Below are positions 19,877 through 30,883 of a stretch of DNA of 64,000 nt, one piece after another. The position numbers and the translations under genes were made by a program. Source of the DNA: an uncultured Actinomycetes bacterium (GTDB lineage: Bacteria > Actinomycetota > Acidimicrobiia > IMCC26256 > PALSA-610); the NCBI GenBank assembly GCA_963841215.1, contig CAWJBW010000006.1, positions 83,379 to 147,378 on the forward strand, written 5' to 3'. A model generated the notes under the pieces. It was not told the DNA's origin, searched no databases, and saw only the letters and a program-made list of their open reading frames with translations. Position 1 is the stretch's first letter. Each line of letters opens with the position of its first letter.

Positions 19877-21178
19877 TTGGCGCACGAGGCGGCCGCACGG
19901 GTCGCTGCCCACCAGGCGATCGAGCAGGCGTACCGCGAGGAGTGGACCTCGCTCCTCGCCACGCTCGCCGGCCAGGTGGGCGGCGACATCGGCCTCGCGG
20001 AGGAAGCCGTCGCCGATGCCTTCGCCGCGGCGGCCGCGGAGTGGCCCGAGCGTGGCGTGCCGAGCCGGCCCGGCGGGTGGCTGACCACCGTCGCCCGGCG
20101 ACGGGCGATCGACCGCCTTCGCCGGGACCGCACCCGCGTTGCGAACCTCGCCGCCCTCGACCACTTGGAGCAGCTCGTGCGCGACGAGAACGACACCCCG
20201 ACCAGCGACGACCGTGGCCACGACCGCAGCGCCATCGCCGACGATCGGCTGCGGCTGCTGTTCACCTGCTGCCACCCCGCGCTCGCGCTCGACGCTCGCG
20301 TCGCGCTCACGTTGCGCGCGGTGGGCGGGCTCGAGGTCGCCGCGGTCGCTCGCGGCTTCTTGACCACCGAGGCGACCATGTACCAGCGACTCGTGCGCGC
20401 CAAGCGCAAGGTGAAGGCCGCCGGCATCCCCTACCGCGTGCCCGCCGACGACGAGCTGCCCGAGCGGCTCGGCGGCGTGCTCCACGTCGTGCACCTCGTC
20501 TACACCGAGGGCCACGTGGCCACCGACGGTGACGCGCTGATCCGCGCCGAGCTGTGCGACGAGGCGATCCGGCTCGCTCGGCTCGTGGTCGAGCTGCTGC
20601 CGAGCGCGGCGGAGGCCCACGGGCTGCTCGCCCTGCTGCTGCTCACCGATGCTCGGCGCCCGGCGCGCACCGACGCCGACGGCCTGCCCATCAGCCTCGA
20701 GGACCAGGACCGCGCTCGCTGGGACCGCGCCGCCATCACCGAGGGCATTGCGGTGCTCGACCACGCGCTCACGCTTCAGCAGCCGGGCCCGTTCCAGGTG
20801 CAGGCGGCGGTAGCCGCGCTCCACGCCGAGGCGGCGACGTGGGACACCACCGACTGGACGCAGATCGCCGCGCTCTACGGCGAGCTCGAGCGGATCGCAC
20901 CGTCACCGGTCGTGACGATCAACCGCGCCGCGGCGATCACGTTCGCCGACGGGCCTCACGTCGGGCTCGCCGTGCTCGCGGGGCTCGACGACGACGGACG
21001 TCTCGATCGCTACCAGCCGCTGCACGCCACCCGCGCCGAGCTGCTGGCCCGAGCCGGCGACCTCGAGGGCGCGGCCGCTGCCTACCGGCGCGCGATCGAC
21101 CTCAGCCAGAACCCCGCCGAGCAGCGCGCGCTCGAAGCGCGTGCCGCACGGTGGGGCTGCTCACCGCTCGAGCGTTGA
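19877..21178 (+). CDS. ECF-type RNA polymerase sigma factor with a long C-terminal TPR-like extension (the kind usually paired with YciI)
   Basis: Sigma2 region (GWLTTVARRRAIDRLRRD) and sigma4 region (RVALTLRAVGGLEVAAVARGFLTTEATMYQRLVRAKRKV), followed by a ~230-aa extension. Intact. TTG start as given in the track. Confidence 0.85.
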   Translation: MAHEAAARVAAHQAIEQAYREEWTSLLATLAGQVGGDIGLAEEAVADAFAAAAAEWPERGVPSRPGGWLTTVARRRAIDRLRRDRTRVANLAALDHLEQLVRDENDTPTSDDRGHDRSAIADDRLRLLFTCCHPALALDARVALTLRAVGGLEVAAVARGFLTTEATMYQRLVRAKRKVKAAGIPYRVPADDELPERLGGVLHVVHLVYTEGHVATDGDALIRAELCDEAIRLARLVVELLPSAAEAHGLLALLLLTDARRPARTDADGLPISLEDQDRARWDRAAITEGIAVLDHALTLQQPGPFQVQAAVAALHAEAATWDTTDWTQIAALYGELERIAPSPVVTINRAAAITFADGPHVGLAVLAGLDDDGRLDRYQPLHATRAELLARAGDLEGAAAAYRRAIDLSQNPAEQRALEARAARWGCSPLER

Positions 21179-21192
21179 CGCGAGCAGCTTGG

Positions 21193-24038
21193 TCATGGCT
21201 GCACCCGCACCAGGGCCTGCTCGACACTCGTGACGTTGACGGCGCTGCCGCCCGCCACGATCTTGCCGTCGGGTTGGAGGGCGACGGTCGCGCCGGAGTC
21301 GAAGCCACCGTGGAAGTCGACGGTGAGCGTGCCGCCGTCGCCGAAGCTCGGGTCGAGGCTGCCGTCAGGAGTCGTAGCGGGCCATCGCCAGATCGGCACC
21401 ATTGACGGTCCCAGCGGTGCCGACGACGACGATCTTGCCGTCGGGCTGGAGGGCGAGGTCGTGGGCGATCGTCCGAACCGAATCCGTCGCGACGAAGTCG
21501 GCCGTGGTGACGCCGTCGCCGTCGAAGGTCGAGTCTGGGTCGCCATTGGGCAGGAAGCGCCAGGCGGCCACCTGGCTGTCGAAGCCGACTCGGAAGCTGC
21601 CGGCGACGACGATCCTGCCTTCGGCATCGATGGCGACGCCTTCGGCGGTGCCCGGGTCGAAGTCGGTGATGCCGGCGCCCGCGAAGGTCGAGTCCAGCAC
21701 GCCGGCGGGCGTGTACCGCAGGACGCTGAAGTGGTCGAGGCCGCTGTCGTCGGACACCCGGGCGGTGACAACGATGTTGCCGTCGGCGTCGAGGGTGACG
21801 TCGGTGGCGACGTCGAGCTCGCCGCCGACGGCGCGAATCGGTGGTGACGTACCCGGTGCCGCCGGTGCCGAAGCTGGGGTCGGGAATGCCGGCAGTGTCG
21901 TAGCGGAGCACGGCGACGTCGACGCCGTTGGCCTCGCCGGCCACGACGATCTTGCCGTCGGCTGGAGGGCCACGCCGTAGGCGCAGTCGCGGCTCCCACC
22001 GAAGTCGGTGGTGGCGGTCCCTTGGTCACCGAAGCCGAGGTCGAGGTTGCCGTCGGCGTCGTAGCGCTGCATGGCGACGTCCTCGTCGTTGAGATCCACC
22101 GGTCCGCTGACGAGGCCGACCACGACGATCCTGCCGTCGGGCTGGAGGGCGAGGTCGTTGGCGTCGCTGGGGAAGCAGCTGTCGGCGTCGATGGCCGTCG
22201 CCACGATGCCGCCGACGCCGAACGTCTCGTCGAGGGTGCCGTCGGGGTCGTAGCGGGCCAGCGCGTTGTCGCTGGACGGCGACGATCTTGCCGTCGGGCT
22301 GCACGGCGACGCCGAGGGCGGCTTCCAGGTCGGGCGTGGTGACCTGGCCGCCGTCGCCGAAGCTCGGGTCGAGGCTCGGCGTCGGGCGGCGGGGTGACGC
22401 AGGCGACGGCGATGTCGGTGATGTCGGCCTCGGCGACGGTGCCGGAACCGTTGGTGACGGTGCAGATCTGCCCGGCTCGGATGGCTGGGCGTCGACGGTG
22501 ACGTCGTAGTTGTCGCCTTCGAGCTGCGGTGTTGGTGAACTCGAACGGCCCGTTGGCGGGGGTGATCTCCTCGAAGTTGTTCTTCAGAACCAGCCCGGTG
22601 CCCTCGAGCCCGGTGACGGTGCCGCCGATCGTGAACTCGGGGTCGGGCTCGTCGTCGACGATCGTCAGCACGGTGCTGGACGGGCGCCGAGGGTCGTGCA
22701 GCTCGGCTCGGACAGGGCCAGGTTGACGGTCTTGTCGTCCTCCGCGATCGCGTCCTTCAGGATCTCGACCGGGACGGCTCGGCGACGTGGTGTCGCCGTC
22801 GCCGAACCTGATGGTGCTGCTCAGCGGGCTGTAGTCGGTGCCGGCGACTGCGGTGCCGTCGCTGGTGGCCACCGTGGCGCTCACCTCGCCGGCGCTGCCG
22901 CCCGTGCGGGTGACGAAGACCTGCGGCGCGGCGCCCTCCCATTCGCCGATCGCCGAGGCGGCGGTGCTGAACTGCAGCGTGCCGGCCGCGGGATCCGGGC
23001 CCGCCGTCACACTCCACCGGGCGCAATCGGCGCCGGCGCGGGCGGCTCGGTGAGCGGGTCGGGCACGCGGGTGAGGCCGGTCGTCTGCAGCTGCGGGGCG
23101 CCGCCCACCTCCAGCGGATCGCGCAGGTAGGCGAACACGGTCGAACCCAGCCGGTCGTCACCGTTGGCCAGCCGGCGGTCGTAGCGTCCTGGCGAACGTG
23201 TTGACCTCGAGGGTGAACTCCTCACCCACGGGAACCGAGGAGATGTCCACCTCGGACGTCAGGATGAACTCGTTGTCGAGAATGGCGAATGAACCCGGGA
23301 TGCCGTCCGGGTCCGCATTCGGGTCGAAATCGAAGTCGGTTTCGTCCCAAAGGATGTCGGTTGTGTACGGGTCGACGTAGATCTCGGGGAGAAAGCTGTC
23401 GACGAAGCCGGTCATCTTCGCGGCTCCCGACGCGCGGTAGAAGAGCTGCTGCTGTTCGGGTGGCACGTTCGGTGAGGTAGGCCGCGACGGTCGAGCGAGA
23501 CCTCGCCCTCCATCGTGAACTGGCAGGTCGTGTCTCGCCCTCGGGCACTCGTCGGGACGGGCGGGCGGGCATCAAGCTCTCGTCGACCGCCACGATCTCG
23601 GCGGCGGTCACCGTGTAGTGCAGCGTGGCGTCGTCGGAGTCCTTGCGGAAGTTCTGGAACTGGGTGAGTTCGGCCTTGTTCCCGACCTCGCGAGTGGGGT
23701 CTGCGGCATCGAAGAGGTTGTTGCCGGGGCTCTGCACCTCCACGCCGTAGGTCACCCCGCTCGGGTTGGAGAAGATCCGCCCGATGTTGAGCCCGTCATT
23801 CGGCTCCCGGTCGAAGAGGCTGTCCGGAAACCGTTGATGGAAGTTCAGCCGCCCACCGTCCCGGATGATCGGCTCGTCAAAGATCTCGGTTCCGTCAGCG
23901 AGGTAGCGGGAGAACTGCGCGATCCGGAACGGCTGGAACGGCTTGAGCCGCGGTTCGGGCGGTGGTTCCTGGGCCGCGGCCGGCGCCATGCAGGGCGAGA
24001 ACGCCGATCAGACCGCAGACGAGAGCTCTGACTTTCAT
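21193..24038 (-). CDS. giant secreted protein: signal peptide, N-terminal domain, Calx-beta domain and delta-60-type repeats; many frame breaks
   Basis: ATG at 24038 with GGAG. Signal peptide MKVRALVCGLIGVLAL. Calx-beta-like GTLQFSTAASAIGEWEGAAPQVFVTRTGGSAGEVSATVATSDGTAVAGTDYS. Recurrent LQPDGKIVVVG / ARYDxDGxLDxSFGxGG units are spread over all three minus-strand frames. Confidence 0.75.
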
Positions 24039-24242
24039 GTGAGGCTCCTTGAAGGCCCAGCTTCTTTGATGATTTCGGGCGCGATTGGACAAGTGCTTTT
24101 CCGTGAAACGTTGCCGTGACGTTGCGACATTGCGCGCGACGGTCAGCGAGAACGGCGCCGTGTGCGTGGCGTTGGCGTCACCCTGCACCGCGCGCGCTAC
24201 CGGGGCGCTAGCGGGACCGCGCTACGACCGGCGTAAACCGGG

Positions 24243-25449
24243 TCAGCGCTTGGGCAACAAGAGCGGCATGCGCTCCCAGCCCCGCACCGTGGACGTCGGC
24301 GCGAGCTTGATGTTGTCGTCGTCGATCTCCCACTCGGGGAAACGATCCAGCAGCTCGTCGAGCGCGACCCGCCCCTCGAGCCGGGCGAGGTGTGGCGCCG
24401 AGACAGAAGTGGAGCCCGAAGCCGAAGGTGAGGTGCTGGATGTCGTCGCGATGGATGTCGAAGACGTCCGGGTTGGTGTAGCGGCGAGGGTCGCGGTTCG
24501 CCGAGGCGAGCAACAGAAGGATCGGGCTCCCGGCCGGGATGGTGGTGCCGTCGTACTCGACGTCCTCCATCACGTAGCGCGCCGTCGCGTGCCCGGTCGG
24601 TTCGAAGCGCAACGCCTCGTCGATCACCCGTGGGATCAGCGCGCGGTCCTCGACGACCTCGCGCCGCTGATCGGGGTGCTCGGCGAGCAGCTTGGCGAGC
24701 CAGCCGATCAGCCGGCCCGTGGTCTCGTTGCCGGCGCCGGCGATGACCGCCGTGTAGGTGCGCACCTCCTGTCGGGTGAGCGTCCGGATCTCACCCGCCT
24801 CGTCCTCGAACTCGGCGTTGAGCAGCTGCGTCATCAGGTCGTCGGAGGGGTGCTCGGCCCGCCACTCGATGTAGTCGGCGAACATGTCGCTGTTGGCGAC
24901 GTTCTCTTGCTTGACCCTCATCGGCTGCCCGGGGACGGTACGGAGGTTGGCGTCGGTCTTGTTGCGGACGGCCACCTGATCCTGCTCGGGGATGCCGAGG
25001 AGCATGCCGATCACGCGCATGGGCATCACCGAGGCGAGCTCTTCGATGATGTCGAACCCGTCCGCCCCGACCAGCGGATCGAGCGACCTGGCACAGAACG
25101 CCCGCACCTGGTCCTCGAGCGCCGCCATGCGCCGCGGCGTGAAGACCCGGGACATGAGCCCGCGGTGCATGGTGTGGACCGGCGGGTCCTCGAACAGGAT
25201 CACACCCGGCGGGAGGTCGACGCCGGCCTTGATGATGTCGAGGATGTCGCTGCGCGTGTTCGAGAACACCTGCCAGTTGACCAACGCCTGCTCGACGTCG
25301 GCGTGCCGCGACAACGCCCAGAAGTCGTAGCGCTCGTTGTAGTAGGCCGGCGCTTCTTCGCGGAGACGCGCGTACGTGGGATACGGATCGGCGTTGATGC
25401 CGATGTCGTACGGGTCGAAATAGACGTCGGAATCGGTCGCAGTCGTCAT
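24243..25449 (-). CDS. cytochrome P450; frame break near 24395, directly after the heme Cys loop
   Basis: AGNETT I-helix, EALRFEP (ExxR) and FGFGLHFCLGA heme loop. The normal tail HLARLEGRVALDELLDRFPEWEIDDDNIKLAPTSTVRGWERMPLLLPKR-stop (TGA at 24245-24243) is one frame over. Confidence 0.9.
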
Positions 25450-25462
25450 CCGGTCCCTCCGG

Positions 25463-26213
25463 TCAGCTCGGCAGCGAGCAGGTGCTGCCGCCGTCGATGG
25501 GAACCACCGCGCCCGTGATGAATGTGGCGCGGTCGGAGGCGAGGAATGACGCCAGTTCGGCGACCTCCTCGGGTTGGCCGCCGCGCTGCAGCGCGGAGCC
25601 CTTCACCAGTGCCGGAAACCGCTCCGCGGCGCCCTTGCCGCCGGACATCTCCGTCTCGATGAAGCCGGGGCAGATGGCGTTGGCCCGGATCCCTTGGGTT
25701 CCGTACTCGATGGCCGCCGCCTTGGTGAACGCGATCACGCCGGCCTTGGCCGCCGAGTACACCGACGTCGGCATGCGGGAGCCGTTCATACCGCCGGTGG
25801 AGGACCAGTTGAGAATGACGCCCCCGCCCGTCGGGAGCATGGTGCGGATGCCGTGCTTCGTGCCCAGCATCACGCCCCTGAGGTTCACGGCCATCACGCG
25901 CTCGTATTCGTCCAGCGTCGTGTCGGCGAGCGGCGCGGCCGCCCCGATTCCGGCGACGTTGAGGACGGCGTCGACGGTCCCGAAGGCCTCGAGCGCGGTG
26001 GCGAGCATCGCCTCCACCGATGCCTCGTCGGAGACGTCCACCCGCACCGGCACCACGGCGTCACCCAGCGCCTCGGCCGTCTCCTCCTGCCTCCCGCTGA
26101 TGTCGGCGGCCAGCACCTTGGCGCCTTCCCGGACGAACACCTCGGTCGACCGCGCGCCCCATCCCCGACCCCGCCCCGGTGATGACGGCAACTTTCCCCT
26201 CGAGCTCAGCCAT
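25463..26213 (-). CDS. short-chain dehydrogenase/reductase; frame break near 26150
   Basis: MAELEGKVAVITGAGSGMGRA is in ORF 26061..26267. The rest, with the YSAAK catalytic motif and PGFIETEM, is in ORF 25463..26191. It ends 13 nt before the P450 start. Confidence 0.85.
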
Positions 26214-26284
26214 GCATGAAGTTGTAGTCGCCGCCGTCAGCCCGCGCACCGTGGCCGCGCCGCGCACCAGGCACCGGTCGTCCG

Positions 26285-27007
26285 CTACTGCTCTAGGCGT
26301 CCCTGGTCCTGCGTCGTGGCAACACCTGAGCGAGTCCGAGGCGCCCAGGCCGGCCGATCAGCCCGATGCCAGAAGAGCAGATGGGTCACGCCGCTGGGGC
26401 TGGGCACGGAGTCGAGATGGAATCGGTCCAGCAGCTCGTCGGGGGAGTTCCAGAGTCGTTCGCCGTCGCCGAGCTCGATCGGCGCGACGGCGATGTGCAT
26501 CGTGTCGACGAGGTCGGCGTCGAGGAATTCGCGGATGGTTGCAACGCCACCACCGAGGCGCACGTCCTTGCCGTCGGCGGCGTCCGTCGCTTGTCGCAGC
26601 GCTTCGGCGGGCGTGGCGTCGAGGAAGTGGAACGTGGTGTCGGACAAGGTGAACGACGGGCGGTGTGGTGGGTGAGGACGAACACGGGCGTGTGGAACGG
26701 CGGCGTGTCGCCCCACCAGCCCTTCCAGTCGTGATTCTCCCAGGGGCCGCGCTGAGGACCGAACTTGTTGCGACCCATGATCTCCGCGCCGATGTTGCGC
26801 GTGAAGTCGCGGGTGAAGTAGTCGTCGAGGCCTCGACTGCCCCCGGGGTCGGTGCGGTTCGGCCAGCTCGCGGTGGCTCCGGCCCACGAGAACAGGTCGG
26901 CCGGATCGGCGCCGACGCCGAAGGGATGTTCGAGGCTCTGGCCGACACTGGCCCCGAACCCGTCGCGCGACACGACCGAAGCACTGCACCCTCAACAGCT
27001 GGGACAT
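26285..27007 (-). CDS. dihydrofolate reductase-like (RibD C-terminal domain) family protein; at least two frame breaks
   Basis: SRDGFGASVGQS...IMGRNKFGPQRGPWENHDWKGWWGDTPPFHTPVFVLTHH in one frame continues as LGGGVATIREFLDADLVDTMHIAVAPIELGDGERLW in another. The 3' end is uncertain. Confidence 0.65.
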   Translation of the reverse strand: MSQLLRVQCFGRVARRVRGQCRPEPRTSLRRRRRSGRPVLVGRSHRELAEPHRPRGQSRPRRLLHPRLHAQHRRGDHGSQQVRSSARPLGESRLEGLVGRHAAVPHARVRPHPPHRPSFTLSDTTFHFLDATPAEALRQATDAADGKDVRLGGGVATIREFLDADLVDTMHIAVAPIELGDGERLWNSPDELLDRFHLDSVPSPSGVTHLLFWHRADRPAWAPRTRSGVATTQDQGRLEQ

Positions 27008-27027
27008 CTTCCTCGGTGGCCTTTCTC

Positions 27028-28314
27028 CTAGGTGGCGACGACGTTCTCGTCGACGGCCTCGGCGGGCGTGCGGCCTCCGTGCTCGCTGCGCACCACCGCG
27101 AGAAAGCGCTCGACCGCGTGCGCGGCGGCGTGGGCCCGGACCGACGGGAAGATCTCGAACGCGTGCTGCGCGCCGGGGAGCTCGGCGTACACGACCGACT
27201 GCTGCGACGCCTTGCGCAGTTCGTCGACGAACGTGCGCGCCTGCTCGACGGGTACGAGCGAGTCGTTGGTGCCGTGGAGCACGAAGAACGGCGGTGCGTG
27301 CGGACCGACGTGACTGATCGTCGACGCTTGCTCCCAGCGGGCCCGATCGTCAGCGAGTTGCGACTTGAAGACGGTCTTGGCGAGGAACCCTTCGATGTCG
27401 GCCCGGCCGGTGCCGTGACGGTTCACGAAGTCGTAGACGCCGTAGAACGGCACGGCCGCGGCCACCGACGTGTCGGCGTCCTCGAAGCCGGGTTGGAAGT
27501 CGGTGACGTGCGGCGTGAGTGCGGCGAGGGACGCGAGGTGACCGCCCGCCGAACCGCCGGTGATCGCGACGAAGTCGGGATCACCTCCGTACTGCCCGAC
27601 GGTCGCCTTGGTCCACGCCAACGCCTTTTTGACGTCGACGAGGAGGTCGGGCCAGGTGGCGCGCGGCGACAGCCGGTAGTTCGCGGTGACGCACACCCAC
27701 CCGCGCTCGGCGAGGTGCGCCATGAGCGGCTCGCCTTGCCCTTCCTTCTTCCCGACCGTCCAGCCGCCACCGTGCACCTGGAAGAGCACCGGCGCCCCCG
27801 CGTCGGCGGGGAGATCGGATCGCTTCCACACGTCGAGGTGATTGCGAACGCCGGCGTCGCCGTAGGCGATGTCGCGCGCGGTGCGATAGCGCTTGCGCGT
27901 CCGCATGTCGGGCATGAACAACTGCCGGCGGGTGAGCGCGACCTCGGGCTGCGGGCTGAACGGCTCGCGGATGCGGCTCCGGTAGTCGGCACCGAGCTCG
28001 TCGGTGAGCGCCGCTTCGAGGATCGCGCCCGTGTCGCGCGCCTTCCGATGGAGCGCGACGAGCCCCGCAAGGGACGCCGCGTGCGCAGCGATGCCGAGCT
28101 TGCCGCGCCAACCGCGGGTTCCTCCGCTGCGCGCCAGCAGCGCACCCGTCGACAACTCCCACAGCGCGGTTTGGATCGGGAGCTCGGACACCGGGAGCCC
28201 GAACGCGAACGCCGGAATGGAGACCGGGCCGGTGCGGCTGGCCGGCCGGAGGGCGTTGGCCGTCTGCGCCGCTGCGACCGCTCCGCCGATCAGGAAACGC
28301 GTGTTCGTCTGCAT
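27028..28314 (-). CDS. alpha/beta hydrolase fold-3 esterase/lipase with an N-terminal membrane segment
   Basis: HGGGW oxyanion motif, GGSAGGHL nucleophile elbow, and HGTNDSLVP. I prefer the start at MQTNTRF (ATG 28314) over the 28434 start. Confidence 0.85.
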   Translation of the reverse strand: MQTNTRFLIGGAVAAAQTANALRPASRTGPVSIPAFAFGLPVSELPIQTALWELSTGALLARSGGTRGWRGKLGIAAHAASLAGLVALHRKARDTGAILEAALTDELGADYRSRIREPFSPQPEVALTRRQLFMPDMRTRKRYRTARDIAYGDAGVRNHLDVWKRSDLPADAGAPVLFQVHGGGWTVGKKEGQGEPLMAHLAERGWVCVTANYRLSPRATWPDLLVDVKKALAWTKATVGQYGGDPDFVAITGGSAGGHLASLAALTPHVTDFQPGFEDADTSVAAAVPFYGVYDFVNRHGTGRADIEGFLAKTVFKSQLADDRARWEQASTISHVGPHAPPFFVLHGTNDSLVPVEQARTFVDELRKASQQSVVYAELPGAQHAFEIFPSVRAHAAAHAVERFLAVVRSEHGGRTPAEAVDENVVAT

Positions 28315-28394
28315 CAGCCCATCGTGCCCGACCGCCGCGCCGCAGTGCGAGGCCGGCCGGCACGCGCGCCGTCGTTTCACGTCAGAAGTTGGTT

Positions 28395-29007
28395 TCACGG
28401 CAGAAGTTGATCGACGAGGATGTCCGTCAACCACCGCTCGTACCGCTCGGGTTGCCAGCCCTTGTCGACGACGAGCAGGCCGTACACCTCGGGGGACATG
28501 AGCGCGTAGATGATGTCGGCGGCATCGCGCGGTCGGAGCTCGGGCCGCAACGCGCCCGAGCGAGACAACGAACGTGCGATCAGCCCTTGGCCTTGCTGCC
28601 GCTGACGGCTCAGTTCATCGAGGAGCGCCGCCGCGTCGGCGTCCGAGCTCGCGGCGCTGACGAGGATGCGGTAGATCGCTGCGGTCCTCGCGTTCACCCG
28701 GACGCGATCCCGACGAAGCCCGCGAGCTGATCCGTCGGGTCTTTCTCCGCGAGAAGCGACCGAACCGGTCGGCGATCTGCCAACGGAACGGCCTCGTCGT
28801 CACCGACGATCGAGACATCGAGGAGGGCCTTGAGGATCCCCGCTTCGCCCGAGAACAACCGGTACACGGTGGCCGAAGGGACATCCGAGCTGATCGCTGA
28901 TGGCTTCGATCGTCGTGGCCCCGTAGCCCCGCTCGAGAAACAGGGTCCGGGCTGCGTCGACGACCGCAGCCCGGGCCAACCGGGTTCGGGCCTGACCGCG
29001 CTATCAC
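28395..29007 (-). CDS. TetR-family transcriptional regulator; about three frame breaks
   Basis: The HTH part ARTRLARAAVVDAARTLFLERGYGATTIEAISDQ / VPSATVYRLFSGEAGILKAL and the C-terminal ORF 28395..28697 lie in different frames. Confidence 0.7.
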
Positions 29008-29017
29008 GTCATGAGAC

Positions 29018-29069
29018 TAACACTCTCGAAATGAGAGTGACACTTGCATTCGAGCAAATGAGAGTGTTA
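29018..29069. promoter_or_regulatory. candidate TetR operator: nested inverted and direct repeats of GAGAGTG(TTA)
   Basis: TAACACTCTC at 29018-29027 pairs with GAGAGTGTTA at 29060-29069. An internal CACTCTC-N5-GAGAGTG lies at 29021-29039. AATGAGAGTG occurs twice. The element sits between the divergent TetR and DUF1059 genes. Confidence 0.45.
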
Positions 29070-29114
29070 CTATCATTCACGCACCAGTACCGAACGCTGA
29101 AGGGAGCAGTGCCG

Positions 29115-29351
29115 ATGAAGACCATGACGTGCAAGCAGTTGGGTGGACCTTGTGACCTCCCTCTCCGAGGGGAGACCGCCGATGAGGTGATCCACGCGCA
29201 AGATGCGCACCTGAAGGAAATCGTCGCAGGCGGTGACGACGCGCACCGCGACGCCCTCGAAGACATGAAGGGGCGGTGGAAGCGTCCCATCTCCGGAATG
29301 AAGTGGTACCGGAACACCAAGCGCGAGTTCGCTGCGCTTCCCGAGGAGTGA
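29115..29351 (+). CDS. DUF1059-family small protein
   Basis: MKTMTCKQLGGPCDLPLRGETADEVIHAQDAHLKE matches the DUF1059 N-terminal pattern. GGGAG precedes the ATG. Confidence 0.75.
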   Translation: MKTMTCKQLGGPCDLPLRGETADEVIHAQDAHLKEIVAGGDDAHRDALEDMKGRWKRPISGMKWYRNTKREFAALPEE

Positions 29352-29361
29352 TCGGTCGCGA

Positions 29362-29385
29362 TCGGCGGGCCTAACATCCCGCCGA
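29362..29385 (+). terminator. possible stem-loop after the DUF1059 gene (TCGGCGGG / CCCGCCGA); no T-tract
   Basis: 8-bp inverted repeat with an 8-nt loop, 11 nt after the stop codon. Confidence 0.3.
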
Positions 29386-29445
29386 CCTTCGCAACCGTCC
29401 CGAATCGACGGTCCTGCGGACACACCAAGTCAGTGGGAGGTTGCG

Positions 29446-30876
29446 GTGCAACGGCTTTCGGGAACGGACGCACTGTTCTTGTCGACGGAGACGCCGGCCT
29501 GGCACCAGCACGTCGGCGGGCTCACGGTGGTCGACCCGGCGGAGTCGGACCGCTTCAACTTCGCCGAGGTGCGCAAGACGCTGCTCGAGCGCCTCCCGCG
29601 GGTGCCGAAGTTCCGCTGGAAGTTGAAGGAGGTGCCGCTCCACCTCGATCGGGCGGTGTGGATCGAGGACAAGGACTTCGACATCGACAAGCACTTCCGG
29701 CGCATCGCCGTGCCGCCCCCGGGTGGACGCCGCGAGGTCGGTGACCTCCTCGGGATGTTGATGGGCTACCAGCTCGACCGGCGCCGGCCGCTGTGGGAGA
29801 TGTGGTACATCGACGGCGTTGCCGGCGGGCAGGTGGCGCTGATCACCAAGTTCCACCACTGCCTGATGGACGGCGCGTCGGGTGCCGGCCTCGCCGAGCA
29901 GCTCTTCGACCTCGAGCCGCACCCGGCCCCGGCTCCCCAGCCGGAATCCGAGCCGGTCGACGAGAAACCCGAGCTCGGTGAGCCGTCGGACCTCGAGCTG
30001 TTCGCCCGCGCGCTGATCCCGACGGTGCAGACGCCCCGGAAGCTCATCGAATACGCGCTGCGTGCCGCGATGCGAGGCCTCACCGTCTTCCTGCAGCGCA
30101 ACCAGAACCCGATGGCGCTGGGCGTCGCCGGCCCGTGTTTCAACGGGATCGTCGGCCCGCACCGGCAGTGCTCGTTCGCCTCGGTCGGCCTCGAGGACGT
30201 CCGCGCGGTGAAGGAGGTGGCCGGGGTCAAGGTCAACGACGTCGTCCTCGCCCTCGTCTCGGGCGCCCTCCGCGACCACATGGAGCGGCACGGCGACAGC
30301 CCGCAGCAGGGCTCACTCGCCGCGCAGGTACCGGTGTCGACCCGGGTCGCCGACGACACGGACCACACCAACAAGGTCGCGACCATGGGGGCGACGTTGG
30401 CGACCGACGTCGACGATCCGGTCGAGCGCCTCCGGACCATCCACGCCAGCACCCAGTCGGCCAAGATCCTGACCGAGGCGATCCGCGCCCGGAGGATCCA
30501 GTCGGTGGGGGAGGTGGCCCCGCCCCTACTGCTCGGCCTGGCCTCGCGTGCCGCCTGGGCGACGAACATCACCGATCGTGTGCCCCGGGTGGCCAACGTG
30601 GTGGTGTCGAACGTGCCCGGCCCCCCGTTCCCGATCTACTCCTGCGGGGCCCAGGTGTCGGGCATCTACGCCGCCAGCGTGCTGCTCGCGTTCGCGGGCC
30701 TCAACGTCACGCTGTTCAGCTACATGGACCGGGTGGACTTCGGGCTCACCTCCGACCCCGACCTCCTCGATGATCCGTGGGAGATCGCCGACGGCATCAA
30801 GCACGCGCTCGCCGAACTGATGGCGGCGTTCGACCTGGGCAAGCCGACGCCCGTGCACGATCCGTTCGACCGCTGA
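29446..30876 (+). CDS. wax ester synthase / diacylglycerol acyltransferase (WS/DGAT)
   Basis: Intact 476-aa ORF with the HHCLMDGASG active-site motif and the typical N-terminus QRLSGTDALFL. Confidence 0.9.
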   Translation: MQRLSGTDALFLSTETPAWHQHVGGLTVVDPAESDRFNFAEVRKTLLERLPRVPKFRWKLKEVPLHLDRAVWIEDKDFDIDKHFRRIAVPPPGGRREVGDLLGMLMGYQLDRRRPLWEMWYIDGVAGGQVALITKFHHCLMDGASGAGLAEQLFDLEPHPAPAPQPESEPVDEKPELGEPSDLELFARALIPTVQTPRKLIEYALRAAMRGLTVFLQRNQNPMALGVAGPCFNGIVGPHRQCSFASVGLEDVRAVKEVAGVKVNDVVLALVSGALRDHMERHGDSPQQGSLAAQVPVSTRVADDTDHTNKVATMGATLATDVDDPVERLRTIHASTQSAKILTEAIRARRIQSVGEVAPPLLLGLASRAAWATNITDRVPRVANVVVSNVPGPPFPIYSCGAQVSGIYAASVLLAFAGLNVTLFSYMDRVDFGLTSDPDLLDDPWEIADGIKHALAELMAAFDLGKPTPVHDPFDR

Positions 30877-30883
30877 CGCTCGC

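Noticed and set aside
28315-28434. Upstream start at 28434 for the esterase.
   Set aside because: The extra 40 residues are Arg/Cys-rich and overlap the TetR gene 3' end. MQTNTRF followed by a hydrophobic helix is a more plausible N-terminus.
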